This document shows, one piece after another, positions 33,761 through 45,126 of a stretch of 64,000 nucleotides of DNA. The notes under the pieces are model-generated. The model was not told the origin of the DNA, made no database searches, and worked only from the letters and a program-made list of their open reading frames with translations. The stretch is from a virus, in IMG/VR virus record IMGVR_UViG_3300006037_000005, positions 32,001 to 96,000 of that record. One strand, 5' to 3'. Position 1 is the first letter of the stretch, and the number at the start of each line of letters is the position of its first letter. Made by a program: the position numbers and the translations under genes.

Positions 33761-35152
33761 TTATCTAGAACCACCGAAAGCACTAGCCATTGGTAACATT
33801 TCAAGATTTGTGTCTATAAGTCTTGCATATGTCCAATCTGCTCTCAATTTCATTTTATAATTTTTATATTCAGAATCCCTTGCTTTTAAATTTTTGAGTT
33901 GGTATTCCCCATTTGAATGCATCATATCATCTTGGATTATACCGAAAATATTGTCTGCTCTATGATTTAAGCCAGATGATTCAGCAAGAGCATCCATTCC
34001 ATAATCAGATAGACCATAAGCCTGCTGTTTTAATTGATGAGCGGTGATAACAGCCCAATCATCTTTTACTGATGATCTAAACATATCGTTGGCATTTTGT
34101 TTGTGGTATTGATACATTTCGTTAGACATTGTACCATTGGCGTTAGCCATTTCACCAAGATAATCAACCACACAAGCGTGGAATTTGATTTTTAATTCTG
34201 ATTCTTTTTTCCTTTTATAGGCTATAACATCATCCATTGTTGCCGATGCAAATCTTTTCACAATGAGTTCGCCAAGTGGTGTCATATCATTGTTATAACC
34301 ATCAACAAAATCTTTGATCTTATTTCCAACATACATTTCATCCTGTGATTTGCTGTTATATTCAGAAATTGGAATATTGAAAGCATTTGAACCCATTCTT
34401 TTCAAAATCTTTGGTGTACCCATTTCAAGACTAACCAAAAGAACATTGTAACCAAATTTGTACATATTTAGTGCAATATTGGAGAGAAATAGTGATTTAC
34501 CAACGTTTGGTGCACCAAGAAAAATTGAAAGAGTACCTGGCTCAAAACCACCACCAAGCCATTTATTCATAATGGGCCAGCCAGTGTTGAATAGATTTGA
34601 TGGATCTATTTGTCTATGGGCTGAAGCATCTGTGAAGGAAACACCATCATCACTATCTATTAGAACAGAAGATCCATCAACAACAAAGTCTTTGGCTTTC
34701 CTTATGATTTCTTTTACCGTGGCTGGAGTAACTTTAACAGACTTTTGGTAAAGTATGGATTGTTGTTGTGCCTTTTGGAATTTTTCCCATTCAATCCAAG
34801 GTTCGACATTTTCTTTTATCCAATCTTCATTATATTTTGTATAAGAGAATTCTATGACATTTCTAACCGTGGTATAGAAAAGTGTTTTATTATCATCTAA
34901 ACTTTTATCTCTATCTAATTTAGATACAACATCAAGTATATTTCTTTCAGCATATTCAATGAGTTGTTCTGCAGATGGAGATGAAACATTGAAAGGTAAT
35001 TCCTTGAAGTGGAAATACCATCTTTTTGTTAAAAGATAAGTGTTTGCCAGATAGATGTTTTTGAAAAAAGATTCTTCAACTATGGGAAAAAGATTTGTAT
35101 TTCTACAAATATAATGGTAACATATTTGATCAAAATTCGGTATTCCATTCAT
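33761..35152 (-). CDS. DnaB-like replicative helicase (T4 gp41-like)
   Basis: GAPNVGKS, SLEM, VVDYLG, TAHQ, LAESSGL, LKARD. Confidence 0.92.
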   Translation of the reverse strand: MNGIPNFDQICYHYICRNTNLFPIVEESFFKNIYLANTYLLTKRWYFHFKELPFNVSSPSAEQLIEYAERNILDVVSKLDRDKSLDDNKTLFYTTVRNVIEFSYTKYNEDWIKENVEPWIEWEKFQKAQQQSILYQKSVKVTPATVKEIIRKAKDFVVDGSSVLIDSDDGVSFTDASAHRQIDPSNLFNTGWPIMNKWLGGGFEPGTLSIFLGAPNVGKSLFLSNIALNMYKFGYNVLLVSLEMGTPKILKRMGSNAFNIPISEYNSKSQDEMYVGNKIKDFVDGYNNDMTPLGELIVKRFASATMDDVIAYKRKKESELKIKFHACVVDYLGEMANANGTMSNEMYQYHKQNANDMFRSSVKDDWAVITAHQLKQQAYGLSDYGMDALAESSGLNHRADNIFGIIQDDMMHSNGEYQLKNLKARDSEYKNYKMKLRADWTYARLIDTNLEMLPMASAFGGSR

Positions 35153-35369
35153 TTAGCAAAAATAATATCTGTTGTTTTCCTCTCTTATTATTTTCTGTGA
35201 CGCAAGTTTTTTTAAAGATAAATCAGTTACAATCTTTTTATCTTTTCCAAAAAGATCCTCAATATCTGAATCTGTGAAATATTCTTTCCCTTTGAAACAG
35301 ATTTGTATATCCTCTGGGGTTGGTGATTCTTTCAAGATTTTAAAAATGCCACTTTTGTATTTTATTGAA

Positions 35370-36260
35370 TCACCAGAGTTTGAATTCTTCTTTGCCATCT
35401 TTTATATTTTTAAATATATGTGCTATAACATCAACAGTCCATGAATCACCGATAACATGGGCAGATTTACACCAAGAATTTAATATTTTTGTATAACCTA
35501 TCGGTAGAGTTTGGGCAATCTCCATTTCCTCTATGGTTGGATATCTGTAAATGTCTTTATCTTTTATTATAATAGAATCGGATGGTTTCTTGTGCATAGC
35601 TTTCATTATGCAAGGTATCTTCAATGATTCTGTTGTAATTATTCTTATCCTTGGCCTTTTCAGCTTGTTCAATTGTGTTCCTTTTAAAACCAAAGATTCA
35701 TCATATTGTTTGGAAACATTATCTTTAAAAAGGATATTCCTATCTTTAGGAATATCTATTCCAGGGATATTAGTCCAATAAAGTCTCCCTCTCGTCTGAC
35801 AAGAAACCAAAGAAGAACATATCCTAATTGGCTCGACACCAAGTATGCTTGTTATATGATCTTTCCATTGTGTTTTCATCACAACATTTTCAAGAAAGAA
35901 ATATTTTGGCTTCGTTTCTTCAAGAATTCTAACATACTGATAAAACAAACCAGATTTTCCATCAAAGCCAGTCATATCACCAGAGAAACTGAAACTTTGG
36001 CAAGGAGAGCCACCGATCAAAAGATCTATTTTTGGTAAATCTTGACCTTTCACTCCCCTCACATCGCCAAGTTGTATTGTATTAGGATGGTGGTGTTGAG
36101 TTACTTTGATTGAATCCTTGTGGATTTCCGAAGCAAAATAATTCTTAAATCTAATATGTGCTTTCAATAAAGCAAGTTGCCCAACTGATATACCATCAAA
36201 TAAAGAAACAACATTTTCTATATCATATTGCATCATGAGTACCCATGTGTCTAATTTCAT
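35370..36260 (-). CDS. DNA (cytosine-5) methyltransferase
   Basis: Motif I SLFDG, IV GGSPCQ, VI LENV, VIII QTRGRLYW, X IGDSW. Confidence 0.9.
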   Translation of the reverse strand: MKLDTWVLMMQYDIENVVSLFDGISVGQLALLKAHIRFKNYFASEIHKDSIKVTQHHHPNTIQLGDVRGVKGQDLPKIDLLIGGSPCQSFSFSGDMTGFDGKSGLFYQYVRILEETKPKYFFLENVVMKTQWKDHITSILGVEPIRICSSLVSCQTRGRLYWTNIPGIDIPKDRNILFKDNVSKQYDESLVLKGTQLNKLKRPRIRIITTESLKIPCIMKAMHKKPSDSIIIKDKDIYRYPTIEEMEIAQTLPIGYTKILNSWCKSAHVIGDSWTVDVIAHIFKNIKDGKEEFKLW

Positions 36261-36699
36261 CCTTCAAGAAAGGTAAGACCATCCTTATTTTCGAAAACCC
36301 AATTGCTTCCTCTTTTTCTATGGCTTCTATCCATTCGAACCATTTTCCATCAAGCATTCTGATGAAATTTTCATCACTTCCACGTTCTTTATATCTATCC
36401 AAAAATTCATTCTTTCTTGTTATTTCTGGATATACTAGATAGAAGAATATACATTCATCAAGTAGAGCATCTCTGACTTCTTTGTGTGATGAAACGAAAA
36501 TGATCTTGTACTTTCCTATATTGGCTTTTATGTGATCAATATAATTCTTTGGAAATTCTGAATTTCTTGTCTTTTTGCCATTTTCGTCTACAGACCAACT
36601 AAATTCAGAGGAATCTGAATCAAGTGTTGTCTCTTTGTTTTCATTATAATATGACGTTTTACCACATCCAGGAAATGCTGAAATTATCTTTGTTCTCAT
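36223..36699 (-). CDS. P-loop nucleotide kinase-like protein
   Basis: Likely start MRTKIISAFPGCGKT at 36699; LDSDSS and RYKERG lid-like motif. Confidence 0.7.
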   Translation of the reverse strand: MRTKIISAFPGCGKTSYYNENKETTLDSDSSEFSWSVDENGKKTRNSEFPKNYIDHIKANIGKYKIIFVSSHKEVRDALLDECIFFYLVYPEITRKNEFLDRYKERGSDENFIRMLDGKWFEWIEAIEKEEAIGFSKIRMVLPFLKDEIRHMGTHDAI

Positions 36700-36700
36700 T

Positions 36701-38149
36701 TTAGATATTTTGTTCAAATTTAGATATTTGATCCATGAAGGATTCAGATTCTTTTTCAAGTTCAGCATCTTCCATAAAATAACCCTCATCGCCAGTATTT
36801 TCAAATCCAGAAGATAGTGTGAAATTCGGTTTTATTGTAACCTCATCAAGTTTCTCAAGGATTTCTTTTGTGAATACTTTAGCCGAAAAGAAAGTTTTCA
36901 AATCAACAGCAGATCTAAGATGTTTCACTATGAATTGACCAGAGGCTTTGTTAACGATACCAACCTTATCTTCTATCTTTTCATATTTTCCATTTTCATC
37001 AAACCTTGTCAGTATTTTATCTGTGAAATAATAACTTTGCTTTCCTTTACCATCTATGTCTGTGAAAGGTTTGATATATTCCTCCTCTATCATAAATTTG
37101 AGAGATTCAGACAAGGCTTCTTGCTTACCTTTTGCGGTTTGACCCTGTAAGAAATCGAAGTCGAATTTGTATCCAACCACTGAATCTTTTGTTATGATTT
37201 TTTTGAAGTAGAATTCATAAGCTATGTCGACAAGTTCAGCGAATTTACCTCTATCGATACCACAAACATCCCATGATACATGTTCTTCAAGACCAATATA
37301 TGGGTTCATACCCTCGCCTTGTTTGATATAGATGTGAACTTCATTATATCTAGCGTACCTAGATTCAAAGGTGTTTGCCGTGATATCAATACCAGAATAA
37401 TCTTCTCTCTCAATTCTCTTTTTAAGCATATCAACAACAGAAGCCATGTAGATGACACCCATACCACCAGATGGTGTTTTCTTTTTGTAATGACCCATAT
37501 CTTTGTCGTATGTGTGCGCAGTACAGATCACGGGAATACCAAGTTTACCTGCTCTTTTTGAAAGCATGTTCCAAAGGATTTTCCATTGTTTTGCAACCGT
37601 TCCTTGATCTGCTTTCAAATCACCAGATAAAGCATCATTGTATTGTTTCTGTGAATTAACACCAGAAATTGAATCTATACAAATCATAAGTTTTGGTATC
37701 GGTTTACCTGCCTTAAAATCTTTCATCATAGGTTCAGTTATCTGAATTATCTTCACAATAATTTCATCAACTGTCTCTGGCTGATAGATTCTGCAACCAG
37801 CCATGTCTATACCTTGTTTCACAAATCTTTCTCTGTCTGGTGAGTTCTCTGTCTCAAAGAATAGACAGAAATAGCCCTCCTTTTGTGATTCTCTTATGCC
37901 ATTCATCAAAAGATAAGATTTCCCTGTTTTCGGGTCACCTGCTATCAAATGGATCTTACCACAGGCATACCCTCTCATAAGAGAGCCAGATATATGAGCA
38001 TTGTAAATATAAGAACCTGTATGAATCCAATTTGAAATTTCCATTGGTTCATAAGATTCGATAAGTTCACCCTCTGTATCAAATTGTTGGAGATAACTGT
38101 TAATATCTGCAAAGCTGTCAGATTTTACTACCGAATGTTGTTTTGCCAT
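36701..38149 (-). CDS. uvsX: RecA-like recombinase (T4 UvsX-like)
   Basis: HTGSYIYNAHISGS, Walker A AGDPKTGKS, IDSI, KADQG, SGGMG. Confidence 0.9.
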   Translation of the reverse strand: MAKQHSVVKSDSFADINSYLQQFDTEGELIESYEPMEISNWIHTGSYIYNAHISGSLMRGYACGKIHLIAGDPKTGKSYLLMNGIRESQKEGYFCLFFETENSPDRERFVKQGIDMAGCRIYQPETVDEIIVKIIQITEPMMKDFKAGKPIPKLMICIDSISGVNSQKQYNDALSGDLKADQGTVAKQWKILWNMLSKRAGKLGIPVICTAHTYDKDMGHYKKKTPSGGMGVIYMASVVDMLKKRIEREDYSGIDITANTFESRYARYNEVHIYIKQGEGMNPYIGLEEHVSWDVCGIDRGKFAELVDIAYEFYFKKIITKDSVVGYKFDFDFLQGQTAKGKQEALSESLKFMIEEEYIKPFTDIDGKGKQSYYFTDKILTRFDENGKYEKIEDKVGIVNKASGQFIVKHLRSAVDLKTFFSAKVFTKEILEKLDEVTIKPNFTLSSGFENTGDEGYFMEDAELEKESESFMDQISKFEQNI

Positions 38150-38954
38150 GTTTTGATTTTAAAAATTTATTATGATTTTTTATTTAAAAAGTTACAGAGG
38201 TTTAAATTTTGCTGTTAGAATATTTGTTATATTATCATACAAAATTTCACAATCGAATTCTGATAATATCTTGTGAAATTTTGTATAATCAATGGGATAG
38301 TTCACACCATGGATTTCGATTTTCTGATTTTCATCTTCAAATCTAACTGGTGCTGATATAATTTCACCCATGCAACAGGCTTTTTTATAATCAGAAATTT
38401 TTACGTTGTGTGTTTTATCTATCCGCAAATGGCTTGGATCAAATATTGGATTTTCAATTTTAACAATTTTGTAACCCTCTTTTTCCAATGTTGAATTTAA
38501 AAATTCCCACCCCATATTTGATCCAAGCCATTGTACAATGGTGGCTACTGAAACTCTTATTTCATTTGTGATTTTTATTCCAAATTTGAATTTGTTGTTA
38601 AAAAGTAATGATTCAAGTATGTTTGCTTTTTGACACCACGAAAAAGCAAAGGTTTTTTCCGCATTATTCCAATCATATTCCTTCATCAGCAAATTCTCTT
38701 CAATTCTATCGTGGTGCAATCCTTTATTTTGTTTACCTAAATAATCTATTGCTGAGCATTTGTTCTCAAGTTCTGTTATATGATCCAATAATGATTGAAT
38801 ATCTCTTGTATGGAATTCAGTTGTTCCATCACCAAATTCTGCTATTTCGTCTGATATTTTCTCTATTGTATGTTTCATAGATTTTTATTCTGATATTGTT
38901 TTGTTCGGTTGGGGTTTCTTTTAACATTGATAAATACTAAAAGCATATTTACAT

Positions 38955-40580
38955 ATGGATCAATTTATAAAAAAGAATGAGATAAGGGCTATAGATATGT
39001 TCAATAGCACCACATCATATCTTGTTAGAAAATTTAATCAGGCAAGACAAATGTTTAGCTATAGTACTGCCTATGGTCAAATATTGCTTGTCTTACAAAA
39101 TCATTTTCAACTCATTTTATATTATATACAAGATTCAATTTCAGAATCAGTCATAAGCCAAGCCACAAGGGTTAACAACATTTATGGTTTAGCGGCCTTA
39201 GCTGGTCATGATGCTCAAAGGATGAGAACTGCAGTTGGCGAAATATCTTTGTCACCAAAATCTGCAACGATAAATTTGAAAGGCAATTCTGTCGTTATAC
39301 CAAATTTAACAAGAGTTAAATGTGTTAACAATGGTTTAACTTATATCATACACCTTGCACAAGATGAAAAATTGATAAATATAAATAACACAAGAACAAC
39401 GAACTTCAAAATTCTTGAGGGCAAATTTGACTACCAGATTCTTTATGGTACTGGGGAAGATATTCAATCAATAAACCTAAATATTGAACTTGGTAAAATG
39501 GTTGACAATGATATTTTTGATATAGAAGTCAATGGTGTGAAAGCATCCAAATTTGATTCTCTATATGATATACCATATGGTGTACTTGGTTATATCACAA
39601 GAAATTCAAACAATGGTATTTCATTTATTTTTGGTAATTCTTTGCAACACAAAATACCACAAGATGGGGAAGAAATCAGAATAGATTATCTTTTGAGTTC
39701 TGGTGTATCTGGTAATATTTATCAATCCGAAAATTTAACTTTCATATTTGTGGATTCTGGTATAGATACCGATGGTAATGATGTTGATTTGAATGATCTT
39801 TTCAATATAACTTGTACACTACCTCCAAGCCTTGGTGCTAATATGGAATCACCAGAACTAACAAAGGTTTTAGTACAATCTTTTTCAAGAAATCTAACAA
39901 TACATGATAGAGAAAGTTTGGAATATCATGTTAAAAAATTGAATTATTTTGCAAATGTTAAAGTTTTCAAAGTTTTAAACCAAACAACAAAAACTACCAA
40001 TGAATTCTCCATATTGTTATTTCCAAATATTAAAAACAAATTAACAGTAGATGATTATTTCTCAATGCCAATTTCCAATTTTTTGGTCTCGGAAGCGGAA
40101 ACCACAAGATTGAATGATTATTTTGATGAATCTGGTATAAAATCAACAAATCTTGCGATTTCTTATATAAGACCAACAATAAAAAGATATTCAATCATTA
40201 TACAGATTGATGCTTATAGATCTTTTAGAGGTGTTACAGTTACTAAAGAACTTATAAAAGAGAGAATAAAGGAGATTCTTGCTGATTATATGATTAACAA
40301 TACAAGATATAACAAAATACCAAATTCAGATATTGTTAAGATCTTAACAGAAAAAATTGATTATATCGATGCTGTTAAAGTAATCTTTAAATCAGAGGAT
40401 GGTAATGGTTTAGATAAAATGGGTAACATAAATGTTTCTTATGATCAAATCGCTGTAATAAGAGGTGGTTGGACCGATCAGGTTTCAAACATTTTCTATG
40501 AGGATTCTTTTAATATAGAAAATGATAAACCATCTGCAGTAAACTGTTATATCAACTTCATTAACGAATTTTTCATATGA
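38955..40580 (+). CDS. Baseplate wedge subunit (T4 gp6-like)
   Basis: SESVISQATRVNNIYGLAALAGH, IFGN..KIP..GEEIRIDYLLSSGVSGN, GANMES; preceded by GATAAATA at ~38929. Confidence 0.8.
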   Translation: MDQFIKKNEIRAIDMFNSTTSYLVRKFNQARQMFSYSTAYGQILLVLQNHFQLILYYIQDSISESVISQATRVNNIYGLAALAGHDAQRMRTAVGEISLSPKSATINLKGNSVVIPNLTRVKCVNNGLTYIIHLAQDEKLININNTRTTNFKILEGKFDYQILYGTGEDIQSINLNIELGKMVDNDIFDIEVNGVKASKFDSLYDIPYGVLGYITRNSNNGISFIFGNSLQHKIPQDGEEIRIDYLLSSGVSGNIYQSENLTFIFVDSGIDTDGNDVDLNDLFNITCTLPPSLGANMESPELTKVLVQSFSRNLTIHDRESLEYHVKKLNYFANVKVFKVLNQTTKTTNEFSILLFPNIKNKLTVDDYFSMPISNFLVSEAETTRLNDYFDESGIKSTNLAISYIRPTIKRYSIIIQIDAYRSFRGVTVTKELIKERIKEILADYMINNTRYNKIPNSDIVKILTEKIDYIDAVKVIFKSEDGNGLDKMGNINVSYDQIAVIRGGWTDQVSNIFYEDSFNIENDKPSAVNCYINFINEFFI

Positions 40581-40819
40581 TAGTAGAATCTAGATACAAA
40601 GCCAAAAAAACAAGAAATATACTTGTTGAAAACACAGGATATAATTACAAGGGTAGAATGCTATTGGATTCTCTAAATAACAATCTTTTTAAAAATCAAA
40701 ATCTTCTAGAATTTCTACAAAAAATCGAGGGTATATTAAATGAGGCTGTATATCAGGTTAAAACTATAAGAAAATTTTATAACCCCCTTGTAGATAAAGA
40801 CTCAGATTTAATAAATTAG
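40577..40819 (+). CDS. Small protein coupled to the baseplate gene
   Basis: ATGA overlap with the gp6-like gene, 80 aa. Confidence 0.6.
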   Translation: MIVESRYKAKKTRNILVENTGYNYKGRMLLDSLNNNLFKNQNLLEFLQKIEGILNEAVYQVKTIRKFYNPLVDKDSDLIN

Positions 40820-41567
40820 AAAGATTTTATATCACCTTTATCTACAGAATTTTCTTATAATTCTAAACACAGTCTGTTCGGATTCATATCAAATTTTTGC
40901 GTTTAAAATATTCAATCACTGTCTTCGTTCTTAATAAATTACATCTATCTGACCAATGACTAAAATCTATTCCATCGGAAATGTGACCATCAATATAGGA
41001 CAAATCATCATCACTGGGTTCAAAATCTTTGAACCCTCTTTTATAAAACAGCTCTGTTAGTCTTTTAGCGTCTTTAGATAGAATAATACCATCAGATTGT
41101 TCTATATTACACATCAAATTAATAACTTTACTAGAAAAAGCAAAATATTTTTTAGATGATTTAGATATTTTTGGTGGCTTACTAACATATTTCCTACCCC
41201 TGAAATATGATTGCCTTAACTCTATTTTTAATTTAGCACCATTATTATATGCTTTTTGATTGTACCAAACAAACCATCGGCGTAATGTCATAGAACCACC
41301 AAAACTTCGTTCGCATTTTGATATAACACCACCCAAAGCACCCTCAAAATTATTATTAAGAAATTCCATCAAATATGATTTATATTTAAAAATATATAAA
41401 TGTTTTTTTAAAGATGAAGTTTCGTGTGGTCTAAACCAATATTCTGTATTTCTATGATTTCTTATTTTCATATTAATTTTTCTTTAGATTTTATATCATT
41501 AAACTACAATTTACCCCAACCACCTCTTTAACAACAACCGAAATCATCAGATAGAAATTTATTGCGT

Positions 41568-42590
41568 TTACCATAGAGGATCTTTGTGTCCATGAATAAT
41601 ACCATTGAATATATGTGCTATCACATCAACGGTCCAGCCATTACCTAGCATTTTATATCTTTGGTTGTCTGAGACACCCTGTGTGTATCCATCTTCAACT
41701 GTCTGTAGTCTTTCACATTCTGTTGGTGTTAATTTTCTTATAAAATTATCTGTTAAAACACCATGCCTATCGACAGCAGTTAATGTATAGAATTTTGATT
41801 TTGGTGGTTTAAATCTACCTCCATTGTGCCTAGATTTCAATTTGTCTGGTACTAAGCAAGGTATGGCATATAAACCTGTTTTTGCACCAAGACCACCACC
41901 ATTTGCTGATAATGTTACAGATTTATAATGTATGTTATACACTCTATTCCCTTGTGAATCTGTTCCAATAAAAGCAATCTTTCTTCTATCAACTTCATTA
42001 TCACAAATTATTATAGATCTTTCAGTATTTATGATATATTTTTGATCAACTTCCTCCTCAAGTATATCCTCCACTGTTAGTTTCGATTTTTCATATTCAA
42101 GATTCACTGGTATGTTCGTCCAATACCACCTTATTCTTTCCTGTGCTGAAAAATCTGTAGAATCTATTCTGATTGGATAAACTCCGACCAACTTTGTTAT
42201 GACATCCAAATACTCCTCTTTCATATTAACATTTTCAAGAAAGAAATATTTTGGTTGAAGTTCGTTCTTTAATCTCAGAAATTCAAAAAACAATTTACTC
42301 CTAGGATCATCAAAGTTTAACTGCTTACCAGCAAAACTAAAACCTTGGCATGGGCTTCCTCCCATCAAAAGGTCTATTTTTGGCAGATCTGTTGTCTTTA
42401 TATTTCTAACGTCACCAAGTTGTATTGTATTAGGAAAATTCTTTTGTGTGATAAAAATAGAAGATCTGCAAATTTCTGAGGCAAAGTATTGTTTGTATTT
42501 GATACCAATTTTGTTTAGTGCTATCTGCCCACACGACATACCATCAAAACATGATAAAACATTTTCTATTCCAAAATTCTGTTGCTCCAT
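41568..42590 (-). CDS. DNA (cytosine-5) methyltransferase (second paralog)
   Basis: SCFDGMSCGQ, GGSPCQGFS, LENV, QERIRWYW, RKLTPTECERLQ, LGNGW. Confidence 0.93.
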   Translation of the reverse strand: MEQQNFGIENVLSCFDGMSCGQIALNKIGIKYKQYFASEICRSSIFITQKNFPNTIQLGDVRNIKTTDLPKIDLLMGGSPCQGFSFAGKQLNFDDPRSKLFFEFLRLKNELQPKYFFLENVNMKEEYLDVITKLVGVYPIRIDSTDFSAQERIRWYWTNIPVNLEYEKSKLTVEDILEEEVDQKYIINTERSIIICDNEVDRRKIAFIGTDSQGNRVYNIHYKSVTLSANGGGLGAKTGLYAIPCLVPDKLKSRHNGGRFKPPKSKFYTLTAVDRHGVLTDNFIRKLTPTECERLQTVEDGYTQGVSDNQRYKMLGNGWTVDVIAHIFNGIIHGHKDPLW

Positions 42591-42603
42591 AAAATAGCTG
42601 ATT

Positions 42604-43059
42604 CTATATTTTCTTTTTTATGGTTATGTTCTTATACAAACCATAAAATCCTGTCTTTGGATGTTGTAAAAAATCTATGCCATTTTTTCTTGATGGTAAA
42701 ACATCCTTAACTATCCACTCACCATTTATTTCTTTAAATTCAGATTTCACTATAACAATATCATTAAACTTGAATTCACCACCATTCTTTTTGAAAAGAT
42801 TTAATGATAGTGCGACCCATCTTATCTTGTTTAATCTCAATTTAATGGTATCAATAACAGATTGATTTGCCGTAACAGTTGGTGTTGGATCTGTTTGGCT
42901 TGTCGTTGGATGATATACTGAGCCAATCATCTGAACCTCTTTTTGAATTTCTTTTTTCTCTTGTGGATTAATGTTCTTCAGATTTTTGTTTACAGCCATA
43001 TTGTAAAAACCGAATTTTATTGCCACGAGAAAAATTATTAAAATATAGAATTTTTGCAT
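42604..43059 (-). CDS. 3D-domain / double-psi barrel putative peptidoglycan-active protein with N-terminal anchor
   Basis: Hydrophobic N-terminus; YHP..SQTDPTPTVTA, WVALS, VKD, IDFL. Confidence 0.7.
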   Translation of the reverse strand: MQKFYILIIFLVAIKFGFYNMAVNKNLKNINPQEKKEIQKEVQMIGSVYHPTTSQTDPTPTVTANQSVIDTIKLRLNKIRWVALSLNLFKKNGGEFKFNDIVIVKSEFKEINGEWIVKDVLPSRKNGIDFLQHPKTGFYGLYKNITIKKKI

Positions 43060-44033
43060 GATAATGTTTTTATTTTGTTATACTTATTATATCTTTAACA
43101 CAAACATATGGCGGCTCGGATATTTTTAATGATCTCGATGAATATTTAATAAAGATACCATCAACTTGAACAAGACCATCAAAGAAAGATATCTCTGAAC
43201 AATCCCTTGTGGTTTTTATGGTAGCAACACCATCACCAGTATCAATTTTATCATTATATTCAAATTTCATAGTAGAAGATTCTTAAGTTCTTTTATGGAT
43301 TTTTCTGATGTTTCGAAAGACAAAGCCCTGTTTATGGCTGATTTTATATTAACTGGACACCATGCCCAATCACCGAAATCTTCTTTGCTTGGCAATTTCT
43401 CCCTAGCAGGCATTATTACACCATTTGGTAGTTTTTGCTCTTTTGCTCTCTTAATTTTAAAAATTTCGTACACATTCGGATCATTGCTGTACTCACCATT
43501 TGCTTCATATATTGCAACAACTTCGCCTCTAAATATTTGTTTGAAATTGTATCCAGAATTTTTGTATTCTTCTGGTAATGGCTTATATTCTAAACTCTCT
43601 TCTGTCATAATACTTTATATTTCAAAAAAATTTTCTTCATTTCATTGTTCAGACCATATCCACACAAAATTGATATGTAATCTCTGATTTTATCAACTGT
43701 TTTCATCTTGTCAAGAACTGATAAAATTTTGTCTGTGTAAAAATTTGTACGAATTCTGTTGTCTTGTATAAAACAAAGTATTTCAAATTCACACAATGTT
43801 TTCAAACCTTTGTTATATGGTTCAGAGTTTAAAGTTTCTAACCATTTCAATATCAAAATTTTCAATTCTTCTTGTAAAACACAAAAATATTCATTATCTA
43901 TAGAAATTGTGTTATTGTCAATGTAAATGTGACAATTTTTTATAAATGAAAGTTTTATATCTAATGAACCAATGGATTTTTTAAAAGATTGTGATCTTTT
44001 GCACTCTGCTATGAAATCTTTAATCATTTATTA

Positions 44034-45053
44034 TTAATCAAAAATGCCATATTCCTCAACAACACCATTTTCATCAAAGATTTCATAATAGCCTTTTTGG
44101 CCTTCATAATAGTCTATCGTTTCGAAGATTATGTGATTAGAATTATCATCAAATCCATATGTTTTGAAAATACCATGTTTCAGACCATTTTTGTAAACAC
44201 CAGATATTTTGATTTCTCCAGAATTGAAATAGACAGTGTTCCTTCCATCAAGAACACCGTTGTTGTAAGTCATGCTTGAAACAATGCAACCATCTTCATC
44301 AAATTTCTTTGCTACACCGTGTATTTTCGAATTCTCATTCAAAACGAATTCAAATTTCAATTCACCATTTGTGTGATAAAGTCTGATTGTTCCCTTTACA
44401 TTGTGGTTACCATCTTCAAAATCAGATGATGCCAATTCTTCTTTATACGCTGTACGTATTTTGTCACGAATCCTGTGTACCCTTGTTTTTACAGCACCTT
44501 CGGTATTAAGTTCGTATTTTTCTTTTATCTGAGTATAATCATTTTGTGAGAAAATCGCATCTTTAAAAAATGTTAATTTATCTTCCTCAAGATTTTCAAC
44601 AATGTTAAGAACTCTATTGTATTGTTTATCGAAACTGTTATGTAAAAGTTCACAACACTCCACAGAATTCATTGAATCATCTTTATCTTTATTGATGATG
44701 TCTAGTAGATCATTCGAATCTTCAATATCATCGAAGACGTTTAATTTTGAGATTGCTACAACTTTAGCTTTTGCAGATTTGTTGTAAAGCATTTTAGAAA
44801 AATTTTGCGAAAGAGTGTAGATGTAAGATAAGAAAGATTTATCATCTACGAAAGTGTAATTTTTGTTGGAATGGACCTTTATGAAGACCGTCTGTGCGAT
44901 TTCTTCAACCAAGGCTGAATTTCTAAGAATGTTGTTTGAGGCTGACTTTACTATCGGTAGACATATTTTGTAAAGTTCATTGAAATTTTTTTCACTACGG
45001 TTTTCGAAATATTGTTTTGCAACAGCCTGGATTTTTAAAGATTTTGGGTTCAT
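44034..45053 (-). CDS. ECF-type sigma factor fused to C-terminal MORN-variant repeats
   Basis: Region 2 VEEIAQTVFIKV..SFLSYIYTLSQN; region 4 EGAVKTRVHRIRDKIR; repeats YHTNGELK, YNNGVLDG..YFNSGEIK, YKNGLKHG. Confidence 0.8.
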   Translation of the reverse strand: MNPKSLKIQAVAKQYFENRSEKNFNELYKICLPIVKSASNNILRNSALVEEIAQTVFIKVHSNKNYTFVDDKSFLSYIYTLSQNFSKMLYNKSAKAKVVAISKLNVFDDIEDSNDLLDIINKDKDDSMNSVECCELLHNSFDKQYNRVLNIVENLEEDKLTFFKDAIFSQNDYTQIKEKYELNTEGAVKTRVHRIRDKIRTAYKEELASSDFEDGNHNVKGTIRLYHTNGELKFEFVLNENSKIHGVAKKFDEDGCIVSSMTYNNGVLDGRNTVYFNSGEIKISGVYKNGLKHGIFKTYGFDDNSNHIIFETIDYYEGQKGYYEIFDENGVVEEYGIFD

Positions 45054-45126
45054 AAAATGCTCTCGTTTAAAATGTTTCTATTAAACAAAGAAAGCATATC
45101 TGTGTTAAAATCTTGTAAAAATTGTA

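Noticed and set aside
36701-38149. Intein in the long UvsX
   Set aside because: The extra C-terminal segment has no Cys/Ser start, His-Asn end or LAGLIDADG motif.
45070-45110. Fifth sigma-54 promoter upstream of the sigma-MORN gene
   Set aside because: Leader resembles the others, but TAACAC-N4-ATGC lacks the -24 GG and has wrong spacing.
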